Made by a program: the position numbers and the translations under genes. A DNA stretch of 44,573 nucleotides, taken from assembly GCA_026398785.1 (NCBI GenBank), contig JAPLSF010000183.1, positions 1-44,573 on the forward strand, given 5' to 3'. Shown piece by piece: positions 28,729-34,900 of the stretch. Position 1 is the stretch's first letter. Every line of letters starts with the position of its first letter. The notes beneath the pieces are model-generated. The model was given only the letters and a program-made list of their open reading frames with translations, did no database searches and had not been told where the DNA came from. Source of the stretch: Pseudomonadota bacterium. Lineage in GTDB: Bacteria; Pseudomonadota; Gammaproteobacteria; Steroidobacterales; Steroidobacteraceae.

Positions 28729-29295
28729 ATGGCAGCGAAGAAGAAAGCGCGTCGTGCGGCGCCGCGCAAGGTCAGCAAAGCGAAGGCCGGCAAGGCCAGG
28801 CGTAAAGTCGCAACGAAGGCGAAGGCCGGCAAGGTCAAGCGCAAAGTCGTCAGGAAGGCGAAGGTCGCCAAGGCCAGGCGCAAAGTCGTCAGGAAGGCGA
28901 AGGTCACCAAGGCCAGGCGCAAGGTCGCCAAGGCCCGCAGCACACCGACCAGCCGCCGCGTCGCTGCCGTAAAGGCTGCCGCGAGGAAGGCCCCGGCCCG
29001 CACGCGTGCGGCCGTCAAGAGAGCCGTCGGTAAGTTGCCGCCGTCAGCCAAGCGCGCCCTGCGCAAGGCCGACCGCAACCTGAAGTCGGCCGAAAAGAGC
29101 ATCGTCAAGGCGGTGAAGTCCGCGCAGAAGCAGGCTTCGAAGACCGCCGCGCAGGCCGGCTCGATGGTCAATGCCGCACAGGCGTCGGCTGAGAAGCAGG
29201 CCACGTCGATGCTGGATTCGGCCAAGGAAATGGCGGCCAAGGTCAGCGAGACGGTGCAGAGCGCTGTCGGCAACCTGGTGCCGGGCGAAAAGTAG
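28729..29295 (+). CDS. Lys/Ala-rich histone-H1-like (AlgP/PhaF-tail-like) protein with a helical, phasin-like C-terminal half
   Basis: The N-terminal half is four 13-aa basic repeats (KAKAGKARRKVAT / KAKAGKVKRKVVR / KAKVAKARRKVVR / KAKVTKARRKVA). The C-terminal half is Ala/Gln/Ser/Lys-rich and helical (KSAQKQASKTAAQAGSMVNAAQASAEKQATSMLDSAKEMAAKV). Confidence 0.8.
   Translation: MAAKKKARRAAPRKVSKAKAGKARRKVATKAKAGKVKRKVVRKAKVAKARRKVVRKAKVTKARRKVAKARSTPTSRRVAAVKAAARKAPARTRAAVKRAVGKLPPSAKRALRKADRNLKSAEKSIVKAVKSAQKQASKTAAQAGSMVNAAQASAEKQATSMLDSAKEMAAKVSETVQSAVGNLVPGEK
28777..28929 (+). repeat. In-frame 39-bp tandem repeats (about four units) inside the H1-like gene
   Basis: The unit starting gcaaagtcgtcaggaaggcgaaggtc recurs at 28841 and 28880, and in diverged form at 28919, giving a period of 39 nt. 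An earlier, more diverged unit starts near 28777. Confidence 0.8.
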
Positions 29296-29315
29296 TCTGA
29301 TTCGTTGACTCGGGC

Positions 29316-29342
29316 CCTCCCTCCCGCACCCCGGGAGGGGGG
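29316..29342. terminator. Bidirectional hairpin between the convergent H1-like and NUDIX genes
   Basis: CCTCCCTCCCG (29316-29326) pairs with CGGGAGGGGGG (29332-29342) around a 5-nt loop. The stem is 11 bp including one G-U pair. Confidence 0.45.
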
Positions 29343-29364
29343 TTCGCCTGCTCTGGGCGCGCCC

Positions 29365-30276
29365 TCAGCGCATGCGCGGAAACCGCATCCGCGATGGCAA
29401 AGCCGTCACATAGTCCGGATAGCTCTTGAGCATTCGGCACCCCTCACCGGGCGTCTGCTCGTACTGCTCGTCCCAGGGCAGCACGATCTCGATTTCGGCG
29501 ACGCCCACTTCGACCATCTTCGGCAGGATCGGCGGCACGATCCGCGTGCGCTCGGCTTCGAGCATCGCGGCCAGGCCGCCATGAAGGCGATGGCTGCTCC
29601 ACAGATCCTGCAGCGTGGCGCGGGTCGGCGGCGCCATCTTCATCTCGCCGCTCGCGACGTGCGTGCGAACGTCGGCTTCGCTGAGCCACGCGTGGTGGGT
29701 GAGTTCGCCGCGATCGACGCTCGCTTCCTGGTCTGGCGGCACGGTCAGCGCGAAGAAGCGCGTGTCGAAGCGCCGGCTCTCGAAAGCCGGTGTGATCCAG
29801 TGCGACCAGTACACGAGGCGCTCGACGTCGAGCACCAGGTCTTCATCAACGAGCATGCGTGCGAACTCGGTGGCATCGGCCGAGGCCGCCACGCGCCGTG
29901 CGGTGACGCGCGAGAGCGTTTCCGAGCCCCAATGTCCGCCGCCGCGCGGCCGTGCGAGCAGCACGCCCGACTCCTCGAACGTTTCGCGGCAGGCTGCCAG
30001 CAGCAATCCGCGCGCCGTGTCGAGGTCTATCGATGCGGTGTCGGCGTCGGCGTCGGCGCTCAGCATGCGCGAGCCGGTGTCGGCGATTGCGGCCTGGTCA
30101 GAGCGCGCGGCCAGTTCGGGCGAGAGGTCCGACGCTTCCATGCGACCGCCGGGAAACACCCACAGCCCGCCCATGAACGACAGGCCGGCAGCACGCTTGG
30201 TCAGGAGCACCTGCAGGCCGTCGCCGCTTTCCCGCAGCAGCAGGACCGTCGCGGCATGGGGAATCGTCGTCGTCAC
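29365..30276 (-). CDS. NUDIX-family hydrolase with an insertion inside the Nudix box
   Basis: The Nudix elements FPGGRMEASD ... AACRETFEESGVLL are split by an insertion of about 40 aa. I propose a GTG start at 30276, 10 nt after the upstream stop. The track ORF upstream of that point is Ser/Arg-rich junk overlapping the neighbouring gene. Confidence 0.75.
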   Translation of the reverse strand: MTTTIPHAATVLLLRESGDGLQVLLTKRAAGLSFMGGLWVFPGGRMEASDLSPELAARSDQAAIADTGSRMLSADADADTASIDLDTARGLLLAACRETFEESGVLLARPRGGGHWGSETLSRVTARRVAASADATEFARMLVDEDLVLDVERLVYWSHWITPAFESRRFDTRFFALTVPPDQEASVDRGELTHHAWLSEADVRTHVASGEMKMAPPTRATLQDLWSSHRLHGGLAAMLEAERTRIVPPILPKMVEVGVAEIEIVLPWDEQYEQTPGEGCRMLKSYPDYVTALPSRMRFPRMR

Positions 30277-30286
30277 CGCGGAAGAC

Positions 30287-31300
30287 TCAGGTGAGTTTGA
30301 CCAGCTGCTTGCCGAAGTTCTTGCCGCGCAGCATGCCGATGAACGCTGCCGGTGCGGCGGCCAGGCCGTCCGCGATCGACTCGCGATACTTGATCTTGCC
30401 GGTTGCGATGCCTTTCGCGAGCTCGCCGAGCGCCTGCGGCCAGAACTCAAGGTGCTCGGACACGATGAAGCCGCGCAGCGAGAGCCGGTTGACCAGCAGG
30501 GCACGCGTGTTGTGGATGGCGATGTCGCCGCCTTCGTAACCGGCGATGAGTCCACAGATCGCGATGCGGCCGAACGCATTCATGCGGGCCAGTGCGGCAT
30601 CGAGGCCGACGCCGCCGACGTTTTCGAACAGGCAGTCGATGCCGTTCGGCGCGGCTTCCTTCAGTGCGACGCTCATCGAACGGATGTCCTGGTGCTCGCG
30701 GTGGTCGATGCAGGCATCGAAGCCGAGTTCGTCTCGCACGTAGGCGCACTTCTCGGGACCGCCGGCAATGCCGACCGCGCGGCAGCCAGCCATCTTGGCG
30801 AGCTGGCCCACGACCGAACCCACGGCGCCGCTCGCTGCGGACACCAGCACGGTCTCGCCGGCCTTGGGTTGGCAGATCTGGTTCAGGCCGTACCAGGCGG
30901 TGACGCCGGGCATGCCGACGGGGCCGAGATAAGCCGAGAGTGGAACGTGTTTCGTGTCGACCTTGTTGAGGCCGGTGCCGTCCGAGACGCCGTATTCCTG
31001 CCAGCCCAGGAACCCTATGACGGCGTCGCCGGGGGCGAATTTCGGGTTCTGCGAGGCTTCGACGACGCCTGCCGTGCCGCCGAGCATCGTCTCGCCAATC
31101 GCCTGCGGCGCCGAGTACGACTTGGCGTCGTCCATGCGGCCGCGCATGTACGGATCGAGCGACAGGAAGTGATTGCGCACCAGCACCTGGCCGGGACCCA
31201 CGGTGGGTACGGGAACATGCTCGAGGCGGAAGTTATCCGGCGAGACGGCGCCGCCCTGCGGGCGGCTGGCCAGGACGATGCGCTGGTAGGTCTGGGTCAT
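30287..31300 (-). CDS. NADP-dependent oxidoreductase (MDR superfamily; PTGR/YncB/CurA-like alkenal/enone reductase)
   Basis: The start is at ATG 31300 (MTQTYQRIVLASRPQGG...). It has the Rossmann motif VLVSAASGAVGSVVGQLAKMAGCRAVGIAG and the family-typical end GKNFGKQLVKL. Confidence 0.9.
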   Translation of the reverse strand: MTQTYQRIVLASRPQGGAVSPDNFRLEHVPVPTVGPGQVLVRNHFLSLDPYMRGRMDDAKSYSAPQAIGETMLGGTAGVVEASQNPKFAPGDAVIGFLGWQEYGVSDGTGLNKVDTKHVPLSAYLGPVGMPGVTAWYGLNQICQPKAGETVLVSAASGAVGSVVGQLAKMAGCRAVGIAGGPEKCAYVRDELGFDACIDHREHQDIRSMSVALKEAAPNGIDCLFENVGGVGLDAALARMNAFGRIAICGLIAGYEGGDIAIHNTRALLVNRLSLRGFIVSEHLEFWPQALGELAKGIATGKIKYRESIADGLAAAPAAFIGMLRGKNFGKQLVKLT

Positions 31301-31317
31301 GGTGGGCGGTGCTCCTC

Positions 31318-31339
31318 GTGCGAAGGAGCATCTTCGCAC
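31318..31339 (-). promoter_or_regulatory. Perfect 8-bp hairpin just upstream of the oxidoreductase Shine-Dalgarno sequence, with an alternative pairing that sequesters the Shine-Dalgarno sequence
   Basis: GTGCGAAG (31318-31325) pairs with CTTCGCAC (31332-31339) around a 6-nt loop. Alternatively, CTCCT (31313-31317) can pair with AGGAG (31324-31328). On the minus strand this alternative stem pairs an upstream CTCCT with the GAGGAG Shine-Dalgarno sequence. Confidence 0.3.
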
Positions 31340-31406
31340 GGGGAGCGGCTTGGTGTCCGACGTGGGTGGTTGACGCGGTTGGAATCCTGGGTCGGGACCG
31401 CGCCTT

Positions 31407-31976
31407 TCAAGCATCGTGGAGCTTTCGTTCGGCGTATTCGAGCTTGGCCCGATCGGCCGTGCCGAGCATGGTCCTCACCGGGTCGAGAAACTTCACGACC
31501 GTGGCCAGATCCTTCGCATGCCAGGCCTCAGTCGCGCCGTTCAATGCCAGACGCAGACGATTCTCGGTTGCGTAGCGGGCGGCTTCGGCGTCGCGTTGAG
31601 TGACGAGGCGCGACCAAGCTCCTTCGTCGCCACGCAGTAGCGGCACGCAATACGTTGCCAGGAGCTTTGCCATGATCTCCAGCAACTGCCGCACCGACCT
31701 CTCGTCGCGCGCCGCGTAACCCGTGGGCTGAAGACAAGCCGGGACCGAGGACGCGCGGATGACTTCGTCAAAACCGAAGTCCGGTCCGCGTGCCGCGTCG
31801 CGTCTGTTCAGGCCGATGAAGACCTCGCTTGAGCGTTGACTGTCGTGACCCACGGCCAGTTTGCAGGCCGTGGATTCGTACATGGCCAGGTCGGGCTCTT
31901 TGGCGATACGCACGAAGCCGTGCCCGGTCAGTGTGGCTCCAAGGATCTCGTCTGCGATCAAAGTGAATTCACTCAT
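31407..31976 (-). CDS. 189-aa hypothetical protein; candidate cognate immunity protein of the RHS C-terminal toxin
   Basis: ATG (31976-31974) overlaps the RHS stop TGA (31975-31973) as ATGA. The product is cytoplasmic-looking, with no signal peptide or TM segment (MSEFTLIADEILGATLTGHGFVRIAKEPDL...KLEYAERKLHDA). I recognise no domain. The gene call is solid, but the immunity role is inferred from position. Confidence 0.6.
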   Translation of the reverse strand: MSEFTLIADEILGATLTGHGFVRIAKEPDLAMYESTACKLAVGHDSQRSSEVFIGLNRRDAARGPDFGFDEVIRASSVPACLQPTGYAARDERSVRQLLEIMAKLLATYCVPLLRGDEGAWSRLVTQRDAEAARYATENRLRLALNGATEAWHAKDLATVVKFLDPVRTMLGTADRAKLEYAERKLHDA

Positions 31977-34900
31977 GGTTTCGGTGGGTGATAGGCACCC
32001 GTCTCCGCGTTGTATTGCCAACCGTGCGATTCGAGCAGCTTGCGTTCGGCATTTAGGAAACGACCGGGTGAGCCGGGCGTCGCTCCCGCCGGGATCTGAA
32101 GGCCCGACGGTGTGCGATACGAGTCGTGAATGGGTTCCTGCCGGCGTATCTCAGCGCGAAGCTTCCCTGCGTTCTGCTGCCAGTTTGCCTTCGCCGACCC
32201 GCGGTTGGGAAGGAAGAGCATCCAGTCCCCGCGCTTCCAATTTCCGGCGGCGCCGCGTGTGAGGTTTCCGTCACGACCAGCGCGGTACAGATTCAGGCCG
32301 CCTGACTCGATTGCACTCGTCGACTTCGCTGCACGCCGTAATGCCTTCGTAGGCGCCAGAATCGACTGACACGGTTTGACGACGTCGCAAACGGTGAAGC
32401 CGACATAAAGAATGGCCGTGGCGTTGTCGCCCCGTTGTGCAGCGTCGTACGCGTCCCTGGCGTCGTGGACGGACGAGAGGATCAGGACGTCGACCGCGTT
32501 GATCCCGAGATCGATGAAGAGGCGTTCGAGGTTTTCCTGCGCGTACTCGTCGTCGACAGACGTTTCTGCCCAGGTCGACGTCGGTACGCCGCTTCCTGCC
32601 CCTCCCGGCGCACCTGCATACAGGATGGTGCCGCCGCAGGTAGGTGAGAAGGTCCCCGCACCGCACAGTCCCACGCCGTTCTGCGCCGACCGGCCGGGCA
32701 ATGCGGTCGCCGGCGGCGGCGGCAAGCCGCCATGGTTAAGCAGGCCGTAGGCGAGCGAAGACAGGATCGAGTCGACAACGAATTTGCCGACATAGATCGA
32801 AAGGCCGCCGTCAACGAGGTAACCCGTGGGGTCCGTCGCGTTCAGCGGCCGGTTGCCGACGTACGCATACGGATTCACCGCCTGCGAGTCGCCCAGGTCG
32901 CCGATCAGCGGGTCGGCCGAGAGGAACCGGCCAAGTGCCGGGTCGTATACGCGACCGTTCATGTGGACGAGTCCGACGTTGTCGAGCATTTCGTGCCCGG
33001 TGAAACCCTGGCGGGTCGTGTTGGCGATGCCCAGCCAGTCCGGTGCGGTCGTTGCACTCCAGTTACCGCCGCGTCGGGTGCCGAACGTACCGAAGCTTTC
33101 CTTGGCAACCGTCACGCCCGCTTCGTTCAGCAACGTGTCGCTGCTGCCGAGGTGGTCTGGCATGACATAGGTCGTGGAACTCGTGGCATTCGAGTTGCGC
33201 GAGATGACGACGGTCGAACCGCCGGGTGTCGGCACGTAGTGCCGCCAGTACGTCACGCCGGTAGAGGTCGTGGATTCCTTCTCGAGCAGCCTGCCGAGGT
33301 ATTGCGTCGTCTCGGTGCCGTTCTGGTAGCGTGCGACCTGGCGCCAGCGCTCGTGATCGGGACCGTAGGCAATCTGGGCCTGATAACCCGGTTTGCGCAA
33401 CGTGGTTGGCAGGTTGAACGAAGCCCAGTCCTGGGCGAGGCCGTTGCGCGACGCAAGATTGCCGTTGCCGTCGTACGTGAACGTTTCACTGCCGGCGGCC
33501 GTCACTGCATGCGGTCGCGATGCGTTGCCGTAGGCGTAGCTCCCGATGTCCGATTTCTGCAGGATGTTGCCCGATGCGTCATAGCTCACGGACAGGTTCG
33601 CCGCTCCGTTCAGCGTGGAGTTCGTCACGCGATCGAGCCCGTCGTAGGTGAAGGCTTCGGCCAGGTTCTGATTCAGGTCGCGTCGCTGCAGGAGGTTGCC
33701 GGCCCCGTCCCACTGGTAGGCGAGGTTCTGGCGGGCGCTGCCGGCACCGGCGGGGCCCGCTTGCTGCGTTGTAAGGCGCTGTGTCGCCGCGTCATAGCTC
33801 GACGATCGCGAGATGGTATTGCCCGACAGCGACTCCTGGGTCGGCGCATCGAAATCGCTGACCGCGTCGAGCTTCCAGAGCGTGCGCGGCGTCGCCAGCG
33901 TGACGTCGTCGATCTGCGATGGCGCGCCGAAGCTGTACGAGTAGCGGAGCCGGAGTCGACCGCCCGATTGACCCGAGGGCACTGGACTGTACGGATAGGT
34001 CAGCGTGCCGATCTCGCCGATCGAGTTGTACGTGTAGTCGTACTTGTAGCTCTGGCCCGTCGTGATCGTGCGCTTGCTGACGCGGCCGAGGCCGTCGTAG
34101 GCGAGCGTTTCCGAATAGCCGAGGCCGGCCTTCGACTGCAATCGTCCGATGTTGTGAGCGGTCGCCGACGAGCCCCACGTCCAGGTGCTGGTGCCCTCGG
34201 GTTCGGTGCGGGACAGTCTGCGGCCGAGCGTGTCGTAGTCCGCAGCGAACGATCGCCCATTTGCGTCGGTCCAGGCGACGACTTCACCGAGCGAGTTGTG
34301 CGTAAAGATCCAAGCTCCAGCGTCCGCATCCGACCACTGCGTGCGGAACCCACGCACATCGTAGGTGCCGGTCGAGACCGCCCCGATGGCGTCCTGGATG
34401 CGATTGAGGTGACCGAGTGAGTCGTAGTCGTACCGCGTCGTGCCGCCGGGGGACGGATCCATCGCGCGACGCAGGTTGCCAGCGACATCCACGATGCGGG
34501 ACCGCGAACGACCGAGCGTGTCCGTGAGTGTCGTGGTCCGACCGGAGTAGGTGAGGCTCGAGTTGCGAACGATTGCGCCGCCGCCGTCATAGTCGCGCTC
34601 GCTGAGCGGTCGACCGAGTGGGTCGAAGATCCGGATCGTGTGGCCGTTGAGGACGCTCGCATAGGGTCGCGATTCACGGGTCATGCGCCCCGCTGCGTCG
34701 TAGTCGTACGTCCGATGCAGCCAGGTGCCGAGCGCACCGTGGTACTCCTCCAGCCGCGGGCGCTCGTAGCCGTCGTAGTAGGAATGGTGCTCGCGGATCA
34801 GCGTGCCGTCGGCCGCGTAGTTGCGGTCGTACACGAGGAAGCGAAGTTCGCCCGTGCCCCAGCATCCGGTCGTGCCGCACGACTGGAAGGTCCACGTCCG

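Noticed and set aside
28725-29273. A 182-aa minus-strand ORF mirroring the H1-like gene.
   Set aside because: It is the antisense reading of the Lys/Ala repeat gene (Ala/Leu/Thr/Phe-rich). The plus-strand gene has a Shine-Dalgarno sequence, a candidate promoter and a sensible repeat structure.
29365-31300. The neighbouring NUDIX hydrolase and NADP-oxidoreductase as functional parts of the toxin system, for example clearing ADP-ribose or NAD products.
   Set aside because: This is pure speculation. The two genes are separated from the immunity gene by 106 nt with a strong hairpin, they look like housekeeping genes, and the toxin activity is unknown.
889-31603. Many other long alternate-frame or antisense track ORFs. 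Examples: 889-1806(-), 3692-5782(-), 5842-6999(-), 7220-8539(+), 10172-11533(+), 11905-13848(-), 21283-22533(+), 23253-24830(+), 25829-27292(-), 27590-28684(-), 29615-31603(+). Outside this range the same applies to 39252-40496(-) and 40599-41741(-).
   Set aside because: Each overlaps a gene with clear family motifs on the other strand or frame, and each has the Arg/Pro/Ala-skewed composition of non-coding frames in GC-rich genomes.
31976-32310. An ADP-ribosyltransferase R-S-E reading of the terminal domain (LYRAG ... S ... NAER).
   Set aside because: There is no STS-like middle motif and no [QE]xE motif at the expected spacing. A single YR-type motif is not evidence.
32360-32480. A deaminase-like pattern in the payload (VHDA ... 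CDVVKPC).
   Set aside because: The acidic residue after His is Asp rather than the catalytic Glu. The Cys spacing is CxxxxxC rather than PCxxC. This is too weak to call without a profile or structural search.
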